Assembly: GCA_029267465.1 (NCBI GenBank)
Contig: JAJUIT010000001.1
Coordinates: 2,589 to 66,588 of the forward strand
Length of the DNA stretch: 64,000 nt
Source: Synergistaceae bacterium
GTDB taxonomy: Bacteria > Synergistota > Synergistia > Synergistales > 79-D21
Direction of reading: 5' to 3'
Below the pieces are notes generated by a model. It saw only the letters and a list, made by a program, of their open reading frames with translations. It was not told where the DNA came from and made no database searches. Position 1 is the stretch's first letter, and the number at the start of each line of letters is the position of its first letter. The position numbers and the translations under genes were made by a program. Below are positions 52,722 through 61,768 of the stretch, one piece after another.

Positions 52722-55466
52722 CTACCTCAGGAGTGAAAGCACCTGCTGAGGCAGCTGGTTGGCCTGGCTCAGCATCGAGTTGGCAGCCTGCATGAGGATC
52801 TGGTTCTTGACGAAGGCGGTCATTTCCTGCGCCATGTCCACGTCCCGGATGCGGCTCTCGGCCGAGGTCAGGTTGGTGCTGGCGGTGCCCAGGTTGTTGA
52901 TCGTATGTTCCAGCCGGTTCTGGTACGCCCCCAGGGCCGCCCGCTGATTCGAAACCCGGCTGATGGCCCCGTCGACCATCGTGATGGACCGGCTTGCGCT
53001 TTCCTTGTCCGTTACCCGGATCTTGTCGACACCCAGCGATGCGGCGGACATGTTCCCCAGGTCGATGCTCATCGTCTCGCCCTCGTTGGCTCCGATCTGG
53101 AAGAGGGCAGAGTTCCCTACCACGTGGATGCTCGTGTCTTCGGATCCTGAGGCGCTCGAAATCGTCCAGATCTTCGACGCGCTGTTCCAGGCGACCTGAG
53201 CGTTGGCCATCTTGTCGAATTCCACGTCGAGATTGGAGTCGATCACGCCGATCAGCCGGTTGCCGGTTAGTTCGACGCTGCTGGCCACCGCGGCCCCGTT
53301 CACCGCGTTGGTGATGTTCACGGAGAAGCGGTTCTCCTGGCTAGCCTGAACCTGCTTCAGCCCGAAGGCGTTCAGGACGGCCTCGTCGCCGATGAAGTTC
53401 AACTCGCCCGCCTTTCCGGCCACCGCGCTGCTGAAAACGAGGGATCCGGCGATGGCATAGGGCGTGTCCTCCGTCTGCTCGCTGCTGGAAACGAACTGGA
53501 CGAAATTCCCGGTGTCGGCCGAGGATACATAGGATTTCTGGCCGAGATCTTCCGAGATGGCCTTGTTGAACTTGGCGGCAGCCTGGTCCAGGGTGTCGTC
53601 TGCGTAGAGGGTGACGGAAGCCTTCCGGCCGTCTCCCTGGACGATGGTGATCGTCTGGGGATCCGCCAGGAGGCTTTTTCCACCGGTGCCAACGAACTGG
53701 GCCAGGTCCTTCAGCTTGGTGTTCGCGGTGGCGACGCTTCCCGCCGCCTGGCCGTCTGCGACGGTGAAAGTCGCTGCCGGCGCCTCGTCCACCAGGTAGG
53801 CGCCGAAGTTCATCTTGAGAGCGCCCTTGTAAGCGTTCCCGCCGTCATCGACCTGGTAAATGTAGAAGCTCTTGTCGGAGGCCCCGTCAAAGGCTCCGTT
53901 CGTCACGCCGAACTTGTAGCTCTGGCTGCCTGCGTTGACCGTGACCGCGTCTCCGCCCGCGGGCCCCGCCTGCCACAGCGTCAGGGCCGCCTGGTCGCCG
54001 ACAGAGGCATTGGCGTTGAACGCGAGAGCATCCCGGTCAAGCACGATCCCGTCTCCGATCGTCAGCGTCTGGCCGGTATCGGTAGCTTTTACCCCGCTCA
54101 GGGTTGCGGTTCCGGAAGTCCAGGTTCCGTCCGCTTTCATCGCCTTGTAGTCGACGGCGAAGTCCAGCGTGTTGGAATCCGCGTTCCGTCCCGTGACCTT
54201 GAAGGCCATCGTCACATACTGGAACTCTCCCGCAACACCGAAATCCGTATCGGCAGCAGCCGCAATTCCGGAAGCGTTGGAGGTTCCAAAGAGACCGCTG
54301 GGATCCTGCAGCACTCCTCCGGCCGCGATCGCGCTATCGGCAGCGCCGTTTGCCGTGTTGACGACGTAGGTGCCCCCGGCCAGCTGAGCCCCTGCCACCG
54401 TTTCGACGGAGGTGATGTTTTTCGATGCGGCGGAAACGGAGAAGCTGTTTGCCACGGCCTTGAAGTCCGTCGCGTCGCCGGCGGCCGTGCTCGTCGTGGC
54501 GGTAAGGCTTCCCGTTGCAACGATGTCATTCCCGGCTGCATCCGCCAGGACAAGCGCGGACGTCGTCTCTTCCGTCAGGGTCGTCGTGTAGGAGAAGTCC
54601 ACCCCCGGATCCTTTGCCCGGATGACGAGGGTGTCTCCCGGGTTCGTGCCCGTCTCCAGGGACACCGAGAAGTACTTGTTGAAGTCGTCGCTTGCCTCGA
54701 GGCCCGCCTTGATCTCGGCCGCCTGGGCCGTCTCGTCCGCTCCCGCCAGGGCGATCCCGGAAACCGAGAAGGAGTTCCCCGCGACCGAGAAGGCAAAGCT
54801 CAGCGAATCAGCTCCGGTCGCTGCGGTTTCCACCACCATCTTCGCGGCCGCGTGACGTCCTTCCCCGATGGTCTGCGCCGTGATCTCGCCGCCCGTGCCG
54901 GCGCCCACGCTGAAGAGGTTGGAAGCCTTAATCTGGGCCTTTCCGGCCTGGAGCAGGTTCACCGAGATCTTGTAGTTCCCTTCGTTGGCGATCTGTCCCC
55001 GGGCGAACACCTTCGTGGCGGCCTTGTCGGTGCTAACCAGGGCGGAAGCCGTTCCGTCCAGCAGCTTCTTGGTGTTGAAGGTGGTCGTGTCGGAGATGCG
55101 GTCGATTTCGTCGGCCAGCTGGTCGATCTCCGCCTGGATGGTCTGGCGGTCGTTGGCCGTCAGCGTATCGTTGGCGGCCTGAACGGACAGCTCCCTCATC
55201 CTCTGGAGGATGGACTGGGTCTCGTTGAGAGCTCCTTCCGCGGTCTGGATCAGCGAGATCCCGTCCTGGGAGTTGCTGACCGCCTGGTCCAGGCCCCGGG
55301 TCTGAGCCCTCATCTTCTCGCTGATGGCCAGCCCTGCGGCATCGTCCGCCGCGCTGTTGATGCGAAGCCCCGTCGAAAGGCGGGTGAGGGACTTGGAGAG
55401 GGCGTTCTCGTTGGTCTTGAGGCTGTTCTGGGTGACCATGGAGTTGATGTTGTGGTAAATCCTCAT
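52722..55466 (-). CDS. fliC: Flagellin, giant form (914 aa)
   Basis: ATG 55466 follows AAGGAGGT with 8 nt spacing. N-terminus [100 protein letters not shown]-terminus [73 protein letters not shown]. The A/G/T/S/D-rich central region is about 650 aa. The ORF-track extension to 55613 is non-coding leader. Confidence 0.9.
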   Translation of the reverse strand: MRIYHNINSMVTQNSLKTNENALSKSLTRLSTGLRINSAADDAAGLAISEKMRAQTRGLDQAVSNSQDGISLIQTAEGALNETQSILQRMRELSVQAANDTLTANDRQTIQAEIDQLADEIDRISDTTTFNTKKLLDGTASALVSTDKAATKVFARGQIANEGNYKISVNLLQAGKAQIKASNLFSVGAGTGGEITAQTIGEGRHAAAKMVVETAATGADSLSFAFSVAGNSFSVSGIALAGADETAQAAEIKAGLEASDDFNKYFSVSLETGTNPGDTLVIRAKDPGVDFSYTTTLTEETTSALVLADAAGNDIVATGSLTATTSTAAGDATDFKAVANSFSVSAASKNITSVETVAGAQLAGGTYVVNTANGAADSAIAAGGVLQDPSGLFGTSNASGIAAAADTDFGVAGEFQYVTMAFKVTGRNADSNTLDFAVDYKAMKADGTWTSGTATLSGVKATDTGQTLTIGDGIVLDRDALAFNANASVGDQAALTLWQAGPAGGDAVTVNAGSQSYKFGVTNGAFDGASDKSFYIYQVDDGGNAYKGALKMNFGAYLVDEAPAATFTVADGQAAGSVATANTKLKDLAQFVGTGGKSLLADPQTITIVQGDGRKASVTLYADDTLDQAAAKFNKAISEDLGQKSYVSSADTGNFVQFVSSSEQTEDTPYAIAGSLVFSSAVAGKAGELNFIGDEAVLNAFGLKQVQASQENRFSVNITNAVNGAAVASSVELTGNRLIGVIDSNLDVEFDKMANAQVAWNSASKIWTISSASGSEDTSIHVVGNSALFQIGANEGETMSIDLGNMSAASLGVDKIRVTDKESASRSITMVDGAISRVSNQRAALGAYQNRLEHTINNLGTASTNLTSAESRIRDVDMAQEMTAFVKNQILMQAANSMLSQANQLPQQVLSLLR

Positions 55467-55474
55467 GTGCGCGT

Positions 55475-55510
55475 GACCTCCTTGTGTGATATTGGATCCT
55501 TCCATGGATT
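55475..55510 (-). promoter_or_regulatory. Flagellin 5' leader with two candidate CsrA binding sites
   Basis: The minus strand reads AAUCC-AUGGAA-GGAUCC (a small hairpin presenting GGA in the loop, 55494..55510), followed by ACACAAGGAGGUC (GGA within the SD, 55475..55486). Confidence 0.35.
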
Positions 55511-55566
55511 CGGGAGAACCCGTCTCCCGGTGTTCCGCGGCTGCCGGCACGCCCGCTTCCCACGAC

Positions 55567-55610
55567 CGAAAATATAAGAGGGCGTCCGCGGGGAAACAGC
55601 GAACGCCCTC
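55567..55610 (-). terminator. Possible terminator/attenuator hairpin after csrA
   Basis: 8 bp stem GAGGGCGT (55578..55585) / ACGCCCTC (55603..55610). On the minus strand it is followed by TTATATTTT. It lies 38 nt after the csrA stop. Confidence 0.35.
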
Positions 55611-55647
55611 CATTGATTTTTTCCCTCTTTTCTTCGGGGAAAGGGAT

Positions 55648-55887
55648 TTACCCCTTTTTTCTCAGCAGGGTTTCCAGCGCTGCCGCATCCTCCCTGGAGA
55701 CCGACGCTGCAGCACGGTTGGCCTCCGTGACCTCCGCCAGGATCTCCTTCCTCCAGACCTCGATTTCCCGAGGGGCCTGGATGCCCAGCCTGACAAACGC
55801 CTGTCCGCATTCAAGGACGGTCACCTCGACCCCCGCCCCCAATCCGATCACCAGGCTTTCTCCCTTTCGACGCGTGAGGACCAGCAT
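55648..55887 (-). CDS. csrA: Carbon storage regulator / translational repressor CsrA
   Basis: [52 protein letters not shown] 55887 shares one nt with the fliW stop (TGATG). The ORF-track N-terminal extension is junk-like. Confidence 0.9.
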   Translation of the reverse strand: MLVLTRRKGESLVIGLGAGVEVTVLECGQAFVRLGIQAPREIEVWRKEILAEVTEANRAAASVSREDAAALETLLRKKG

Positions 55888-56354
55888 CAGGGATTCCCCC
55901 CTTCGAGCCGGGCGATCTCCTCTTCGGGCAGCAGCGGGGTGAGGATCCGGTACCGGTCTTCCGTCAGCACGACCTGGCGGCCGAGCCGGGTATCGGGGTG
56001 AATGACCAGGGGAGCCAGCAGGTTGGCCGTTCCTCTCCAGGGCCTCCCTCCCCTGGGCAGGACCAGCACCGCCAGCAGGATGACCTCTTCCGGCCCTCTC
56101 GCACCCACCTCTTCCAGCGCTTCGGCAGGAAGGTGGGGGGAATAGCCCGGGTCTATAAGGAGCGGATCGGTCACGGGCAAAGCGATGTGCTCGTCGTCCG
56201 CGCAGAGCAGCCATTGGATCACCGAATCCTCTTCTCCCGCCAGGACCCAGCGGCGATACGCTTCAAACCCCGGCAACCCCCGGGGAAAGGTCAAAATCGC
56301 GCTTTCCTCGATCTCCGCCGAACCGGTCAATCGATGCCGGATCGTCCCGCTCAT
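55887..56354 (-). CDS. fliW: Flagellar assembly factor FliW (CsrA antagonist)
   Basis: From ATG 56354: ILTFPRGLPGFEAYRRWVLAGEEDSVIQWLLCADDEHIALPVTDPLLIDPGYSPHLP...NLLAPLVIHPDTRLGRQVVL. Confidence 0.9.
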   Translation of the reverse strand: MSGTIRHRLTGSAEIEESAILTFPRGLPGFEAYRRWVLAGEEDSVIQWLLCADDEHIALPVTDPLLIDPGYSPHLPAEALEEVGARGPEEVILLAVLVLPRGGRPWRGTANLLAPLVIHPDTRLGRQVVLTEDRYRILTPLLPEEEIARLEGGNP

Positions 56355-56443
56355 GCAGACCTGCACCCCTTCCGAAAAAACGCTGAAAGCCCCTTTCGGC
56401 GAAACGGTTTCTATTGTACCCTGTTTTTTCGAGGTGGTCTGCC

Positions 56444-57541
56444 ATGTCCCGGATTTCCCCCAAAAAAGCCGGCCCGTTCCTTCTCTTTCTCCTGCTCCTC
56501 GTCCAGGCGCTGGTTCAGGGGACCCCTTCGCTTGCCGCGAGCTCTCCCCAGAAGGGCGCCGGGCTCCCTGCTTCTTCCCGGATTCTCGACGAACGGACCG
56601 CTTTTCGCTGGGCCCCGGACTTTTTCGCCTGGGCCGTCCATTATCCCGAAAAGATCGTTCCTCTGTGGGTCCAGGAGAAGAAGCCCGCAACGAAGAAGGC
56701 CTCGGAGGCACTCCGCCGGTTCTACTGGTCCACCCTCCGCCTGAACGATTCCACCGCGGTGCTCTTCTCCGTCTTTGCCTACACCCAGAAGCCGGTCCTG
56801 CTGAAGCCTCTCTCTCAACACCTCTTCCTGCGAAGGACCACTGGAAAGGAGGCAGGCAGGAAGATCTTCCCCAAAAAGGCGGACCCGGTCTTCGATCAGC
56901 CCATCCTGGGATTGAGGCAGGGACTGGTTTTCTTTCCGAAAACCGCCGAACCCTTCGAGCTGATCCTCGAGATGCCCGGGAAAGCTCCTATCGTCTTCGC
57001 TTTCCAGGAGGATCTCCTGAAGGCCCAGCAGGAAGCCCTCTCCGAAAAGACCGGAAGGGAACAGCGCGAGGCCGTCGAAAAGGAACGGAAGAAATGGGAA
57101 GCCCAGGTGGCACTCCTCCAGCAGGAACTTGCAAAAATGAAGGAGAAGACGGGAGGGAAACCGGCTGATTCCGCCTCTTCGGCCGTTCCCTCCGCAGCGG
57201 TGGCCACCGAAGGGGAGGGCAAGGCGAAGCCGCGGCCGGAGCAGGTGGCCAGGCGATTCTTCGAAGCCTGGAAGAACGGCGATCACGAACTCATGCGAAG
57301 CCTTCTCTCGGATTCCCTTCAAAAACAGTTCCCCTCGAAGGAAGCGCTCGCTGCTTTTCTCCGGAAGAAGGCCCTCCCCGAACGGCTGCCCCGCGACGCG
57401 ACCCTGGATGCGGCGGATGGAAATACCGGGTTTCGGATCACCCTGACGACGAAGGTCCTCCTCGTGAGAGACGTGCGGCGTTTCGCTTTCACGGTCGAGG
57501 AAGCCGGAAAGGACAGGTACGCGGTTTCGAAAATGGAGTGA
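56444..57541 (+). CDS. Hypothetical secreted protein (about 365 aa)
   Basis: ATG 56444 gives the signal peptide MSRISPKKAGPFLLFLLLLVQALVQGTPSLAAS. A central coiled coil (REAVEKERKKWEAQVALLQQELAKMKEK). An NTF2/SnoaL-like tail (VARRFFEAWKNGDHELMRSLL). The overlapping minus-strand ORF 56411..58027 is R/G/P-rich junk. Confidence 0.5.
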   Translation: MSRISPKKAGPFLLFLLLLVQALVQGTPSLAASSPQKGAGLPASSRILDERTAFRWAPDFFAWAVHYPEKIVPLWVQEKKPATKKASEALRRFYWSTLRLNDSTAVLFSVFAYTQKPVLLKPLSQHLFLRRTTGKEAGRKIFPKKADPVFDQPILGLRQGLVFFPKTAEPFELILEMPGKAPIVFAFQEDLLKAQQEALSEKTGREQREAVEKERKKWEAQVALLQQELAKMKEKTGGKPADSASSAVPSAAVATEGEGKAKPRPEQVARRFFEAWKNGDHELMRSLLSDSLQKQFPSKEALAAFLRKKALPERLPRDATLDAADGNTGFRITLTTKVLLVRDVRRFAFTVEEAGKDRYAVSKME

Positions 57542-57626
57542 GACCTGAAGAAACGACAATGGCTGACCGATACCCAGGTGGAAGGGGTTCACCAGGGAAG
57601 CGCCCGAGACGGAAGGAGGAACGCGA

Positions 57627-58076
57627 TTGGACAGCGGAGGGACTGCCATCGGGGAAGCACGGCTGTTTCCCAGCCCTCTGAGGGAGACCGCTCCGTCCGT
57701 CGGTCGTGCCTCGCTGGGCGACCCCACAGGCTCCCCGTCCGGGAGCAGCTTCGAGACCGCACTGCAGGAATTGGAGACATCGCGCCTCTTCGCCGACCTG
57801 GACCAGGCGGCGGAGCGCCTGTTCCGGTATCCCTCGCAGAAGGTCCTCGAGGAATACCGGGAAGCGGTCGGCAAGATCCTTGAGAAGGCCCAGGAACGAA
57901 TCGAGCTTCGAATGGATTTTTCCCTTCCGACGGCTTCGGCCCGGATCCTGCTTGTCGAGCGTACCCGCGAGTGCCTCCGGGAGCTGGAACGGGTCCTTCG
58001 AAGGGAGGCCGGGCGGACGCGCATCATGGGGCTGACAGAAGAAATCCGCGGCTGCCTTCTCAGCCTGTCCGCCTAG
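57627..58076 (+). CDS. DUF327 (YaaR-like) protein
   Basis: TTG start after GGAAGGAGG. SFETALQELE...LDQAAERLFRYPSQKVLEEYREAVGKILEKAQERIELRMDF...RILLVERTRECLRELERVL...IMGLTEEIRGCLLSL follows the DUF327 pattern, a family often found near flagellar genes. Confidence 0.6.
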   Translation: MDSGGTAIGEARLFPSPLRETAPSVGRASLGDPTGSPSGSSFETALQELETSRLFADLDQAAERLFRYPSQKVLEEYREAVGKILEKAQERIELRMDFSLPTASARILLVERTRECLRELERVLRREAGRTRIMGLTEEIRGCLLSLSA

Positions 58077-58110
58077 GCAGAGAATCCGCATGGTGAAGGA
58101 GTGATCTGAA

Positions 58111-58902
58111 ATGATTCGGGCTCTCTGGTCCGCAGCATCCGGGATGAAAGCACAGCAAACGAACCTGGACGTGATCGCGAACAACCTCGCGAACGTCAAC
58201 ACGACCGGTTTCAAGAAAGAGCGGGCCGAGTTCCAGGACCTGCTGTACCAGATCGATCGGGAACCGGGAGCCCCCGTTGAGCCAGGGAGCAACGTCCCGA
58301 CGGGAATCCAGGTCGGCGTCGGCAGCCGGGTGGCAGGAACCGACCGCCTCATGGGACAGGGAACGGTCCAGGTGACCGACAACCCCCTCGACCTGATGAT
58401 CCAGGGCAAAGGGTTCTTCCAGATCGCCATGCCCGACGGGAAGACCGCGTACACCCGGGCGGGATCCTTCAAGGTCGATGCGCAGGGGCAGGTCGTCACC
58501 TCCGACGGCTATCTCCTGGAGCCCCCCATCACCGTGCCGGAGGACGCCATGGAGATTTCCATCGGGGAAACCGGGGTTGTTTCCGTTAAAACGGCGGGGA
58601 GCTCGACCTTCGAGGAAATCGGGCAGATCGAGCTGGCACGGTTCGTCAATCCAGCCGGACTGTTGGCTGTCGGACGCAACCTCTTTCTCGAAACGGACGC
58701 GAGCGGCGCTCCGGTTGTGGGCAACCCGGGCGAAGAGGGAATGGGAAGCCTGGTCCAGGGGTCGCTGGAGATGAGCAACGTCCAGGTCGTGGACGAGATG
58801 GTCAGCCTGATCGTCGCCCAGCGGGCCTACGAGGCTAGCTCGAAGGCAGTCCAGGCGGCGGACGACATGCTGGGGATCGCCAATACCCTCAAAAAAGGCT
58901 AG
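58111..58902 (+). CDS. flgG: Flagellar distal rod protein FlgG
   Basis: [47 protein letters not shown]...[36 protein letters not shown]. Confidence 0.95.
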   Translation: MIRALWSAASGMKAQQTNLDVIANNLANVNTTGFKKERAEFQDLLYQIDREPGAPVEPGSNVPTGIQVGVGSRVAGTDRLMGQGTVQVTDNPLDLMIQGKGFFQIAMPDGKTAYTRAGSFKVDAQGQVVTSDGYLLEPPITVPEDAMEISIGETGVVSVKTAGSSTFEEIGQIELARFVNPAGLLAVGRNLFLETDASGAPVVGNPGEEGMGSLVQGSLEMSNVQVVDEMVSLIVAQRAYEASSKAVQAADDMLGIANTLKKG

Positions 58903-58924
58903 TGATTAGAAGGAGGTCCTTCCG

Positions 58925-59416
58925 ATGGAAAGCATCAAGGTCGTCGTCTTCCTGCTGGCCGATCAGCCTTACGCGGTGCCGGTCAGCCAGGTAAGGGAAA
59001 TCATCCGCTGGCCCGGGGTCAGGCCGGTGCCCCAGACCCACCCGGCTTTCCTGGGGGTTTCCTCGGTCAGGGGAGAGGTCCTGCCCGTTCTCGACCTTGC
59101 CGCCTTCCTGGGGATCCAATCGGCTGTCCCGGTCGAACAGAAAAAGCTGATTCTCCTTGAAATTCCGGAGGAAGGACTGAAGCTCGGCCTTGCGGTGGAC
59201 CACGTGCACAGGATCTACACCGTTGAAGACGACCAGATCGATCAGTCCCTTGTCGGGTCCTTCCTCGGGGAAAACCTCGTTTCAGTCATCAAAAGAGACG
59301 GGGAGAACATCCTCGTTCCCGACTTCCGGAGGATCCTTACCTCTCTCCGGGAGGAAGCCCTGAGGTTGAGCAAATCGGCGGAACCTTCCGTCCTTGGGGG
59401 CTCTGTTCCCCGCTAG
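58925..59416 (+). CDS. cheW: Chemotaxis coupling protein CheW (second copy)
   Basis: VVFLLADQPYAVPVSQVREIIRWPGVRPVPQTHPAFLGVSSVRGEVLPVLDLAAFLG. Confidence 0.9.
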   Translation: MESIKVVVFLLADQPYAVPVSQVREIIRWPGVRPVPQTHPAFLGVSSVRGEVLPVLDLAAFLGIQSAVPVEQKKLILLEIPEEGLKLGLAVDHVHRIYTVEDDQIDQSLVGSFLGENLVSVIKRDGENILVPDFRRILTSLREEALRLSKSAEPSVLGGSVPR

Positions 59417-61173
59417 GCGGAATCCCGGCTTTCTTCGTTCACGAAAGGGAGAAGGATCCTTTCGATCCGCATTCTCTCTTCCAATAGCGTTTCCAGGAGT
59501 TTCTCTCGTTCTGCCCCTTCCTCCTGGGCCTTTGACCGCGCCTCGAGCGCCCCTTTTGCCGCCTCCTGGATCCCCAGCGCCGATTCGGTCACCAGTCTCG
59601 CGAGGCGCCCCTTGAAGCGGGCGGCGCTGTCCTTCAGCCGCCTCAAAAGATCGAAGCGGACACGTCCGCAGTTGGCGTCGACCCTCTCGGGAATCCTCTC
59701 CAGGATCCGGGCGAGGGCCCTTTCCCGGGCCTTGCCGGCAGGAAGCAGCCGTTCCATGAACCCGATCGCGGCGGCCTCCAGGTCGAAAAACGGCCGCGTC
59801 TCTCCTTCCAGGTAGAAGAAACGCCGCTCGGAGGAAAACTCTTCCGGCAGCTCCCAGGACTGCAGGTCCAGGCTGAACACCTCCGACCCGAACCGCAGCA
59901 ATTCGTCCAGGATTTCCGTCAGGCGAAAGCGGTGCTTTTCCACCACTTCCAGGTAGGCCGATTCCATCTTCGCCTCGATGGCCGGGAGACGCTCCTCGAA
60001 ACGGGCTTTCAGCCGTTCCCCCGCCAAGGCCGTCATCCGGGCCGAAAATTCCGGAACGGTCTCTCCCGCCAGGGCTTCCGATCCCTCCCGTAGGTCCGCA
60101 CTGAGGAGCGGGGGGAGTTCCCGCCGCAGGCGGTCCATTTCCGCGTCCAGTTCCTGGATGATCCCCTCGATCTGGCTATCCACCAGGACATCCGCCTCTC
60201 TCCGCCGGGTTTCCAGCCTCTCGAGCCCGCTGGAAAAGCGGGCGATCCGGTCCTCCAGGACCCGGATCGGCTGCCGGAGCGAATCCGCCTCCACCTGGAG
60301 CCTGGCCTTGACGGCGCGGGCGATGGACAAAAGCCTCCCCGCGTTGCTCCTGACCTGGATCCCGTGTCCCTTCTCCCGGACCAGCGCTTCGAGACGGTCC
60401 ATGACGGCCCCGATCCCGCCGACATCCCGGGACCCGGTCTTTTTCCCGCCGGAAGCGAGCAGGCTCTCCCGGGCCGACACGGGGAACACGGCTTCCGCCA
60501 TCCCGGGGTGCCGCTCGGAGATCCGGCTTCGGATGTACTCCACCATGGCCCTGCGCTCCGGCTCGGTCAGGAAATCCGTCTTGTTCAACAGGATGAGGCA
60601 GTGGGAAACGTACCCGGCCAGTTCGTCCAGCAGGTTCATCTCTTTAGCCGACAGGGGGGAGTCCGCCGAAAGCAGAAACAGCCCGATGTCGATCCGGGGA
60701 AGGGCAGAGCGGGCCTCCTCGGTTTGAGTCTCGTGGAGGCTCTCGAACCCCGGCGTGTCGACCAGGACGATGCCGGTTTCCAGGAAAGCGGAAGGGTAGC
60801 GGAGGCGGACGAAGCGGACTTTCTTGCGGTTTTCGGGGTTGCCCGCCTCCGAGACGAACTCGTTGAGCCGGTCGATGGGAGCCTCCAGCAGGGGCCGGTC
60901 CCGGAAGGTCACTTCCAGGGAAGGGACGGGCCCGTGCTCGATGAGGGTCACGATGTTGGTGAGGGGAAGGACGCCGGTGGGCAAAACCAGTTCTCCTAGG
61001 ATCGCGTTGATTAGGGTCGATTTCCCCCGCTTGAACTCGCCCACCACCGCGACGAAGAGCTTGTCCGAGTTGAGGCGCTCCTGGATTTCTGCCAAAAAGT
61101 CCCTCTGGTGAACCGAAAGGGGCATTCCCTCAAGTTTCCTGGCTGCTAAGAGGAGCGTTTCCTTGTCCTTCAT
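59413..61173 (-). CDS. Bacterial dynamin-like GTPase
   Basis: ATG 61173 lies 8 nt after GGAGGC; the ORF is open to TTG 61200. G1 VAVVGEFKRGKSTLINAILG, G3 VLVDTPGFES, G4 ILLNKTD. A long helical stalk follows. Confidence 0.8.
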   Translation of the reverse strand: MKDKETLLLAARKLEGMPLSVHQRDFLAEIQERLNSDKLFVAVVGEFKRGKSTLINAILGELVLPTGVLPLTNIVTLIEHGPVPSLEVTFRDRPLLEAPIDRLNEFVSEAGNPENRKKVRFVRLRYPSAFLETGIVLVDTPGFESLHETQTEEARSALPRIDIGLFLLSADSPLSAKEMNLLDELAGYVSHCLILLNKTDFLTEPERRAMVEYIRSRISERHPGMAEAVFPVSARESLLASGGKKTGSRDVGGIGAVMDRLEALVREKGHGIQVRSNAGRLLSIARAVKARLQVEADSLRQPIRVLEDRIARFSSGLERLETRRREADVLVDSQIEGIIQELDAEMDRLRRELPPLLSADLREGSEALAGETVPEFSARMTALAGERLKARFEERLPAIEAKMESAYLEVVEKHRFRLTEILDELLRFGSEVFSLDLQSWELPEEFSSERRFFYLEGETRPFFDLEAAAIGFMERLLPAGKARERALARILERIPERVDANCGRVRFDLLRRLKDSAARFKGRLARLVTESALGIQEAAKGALEARSKAQEEGAEREKLLETLLEERMRIERILLPFVNEESRDSA

Positions 61174-61323
61174 TCGTTTCGCCTCCGATGGGGCCGACAA
61201 AGGGCCGAATCACAGGCGTCATCATCCGCACTTCTGGAAGGGCGGCGCAAAAGGCGAACGCCATCGCCGTTAGAAATCGTAACACGGGGGCTTCCCCCCC
61301 TTCAACCGTGCGTGCCGGTCCTG

Positions 61324-61377
61324 TTGACAGCTTACGCCTGCCGGGGTATCCTTCATTTCGAAATATATCGAAATGAA
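61324..61377 (+). promoter_or_regulatory. ars promoter with palindromic operator
   Basis: TTGACA (61324..61329), N17, TATCCT (61347..61352). This is followed immediately by a perfect 10 bp inverted repeat TTCATTTCGA-AATATA-TCGAAATGAA (61352..61377), 21 nt upstream of the arsR start. Confidence 0.55.
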
Positions 61378-61398
61378 ATAGACCGAGGAGGAAGGCCC

Positions 61399-61746
61399 TT
61401 GGAACAAACCCTGGAAAGGATCAAGGCCCTCGCCGACAGGCACCGGGTCCGCGCGCTCCTTGCCCTGGCGAGGCAGGAGCTCTGCCTCTGCAACCTGCAG
61501 GACCTTTTGGGACTCGTTCCCTCCTCGGTCTCACGCCACATGTCGATCCTCCAGGAGGCCGGCTTCGTTGTTTCAATGAAGAAAGGCAAGTGGACCTACT
61601 TCAGCCTGGCGCCGCTCGATGGGGACACTCCCTGCTCCAGCCTTCTCCGCTGGCTCCTGGAAAGCCTGGAAAATGACCCGGTTGCCTTGGCTGACCGCGA
61701 GATCGTCCGGCAACTGAAGAAGAAAGACAGCGAACGCTGCAAATGA
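61399..61746 (+). CDS. arsR: ArsR/SmtB family metalloregulator
   Basis: TTG 61399 follows GAGGAGGAAGG. ALADRHRVRALLALARQELCLCNLQDLLGLVPSSVSRHMSILQEAGFVVSMKKGKWTYFSL (ELCxC metal site plus wHTH). Confidence 0.8.
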   Translation: MEQTLERIKALADRHRVRALLALARQELCLCNLQDLLGLVPSSVSRHMSILQEAGFVVSMKKGKWTYFSLAPLDGDTPCSSLLRWLLESLENDPVALADREIVRQLKKKDSERCK

Positions 61747-61768
61747 CACAAGAGAAGGAGTGGCAACG

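Noticed and set aside
52722-55466. Flagellinolysin-type enzymatic flagellin
   Set aside because: No HExxH or other catalytic motif was seen in the central region by eye, so only the size and repeat observation is retained.
54852-55577. 241 aa plus-strand ORF and other ORFs inside the flagellin gene
   Set aside because: They are antisense or out of frame to a flagellin with canonical termini. They are artefacts of the Ala/Gly/Thr-rich (GC-rich codon) insert.
55467-55647. Sigma-28 promoter for the flagellin gene
   Set aside because: I searched the leader for TAAA-N15-GCCGATAA-like sequences. The best candidates (CCCGAATC, TTTTCGGTCG) are too divergent to call.
56411-58499. Minus-strand ORFs of 538 aa (56411..58027) and 336 aa (57489..58499)
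   Set aside because: They are antisense to the secreted protein, DUF327 and flgG genes. Their translations are R/P/G/S-rich and low in complexity.
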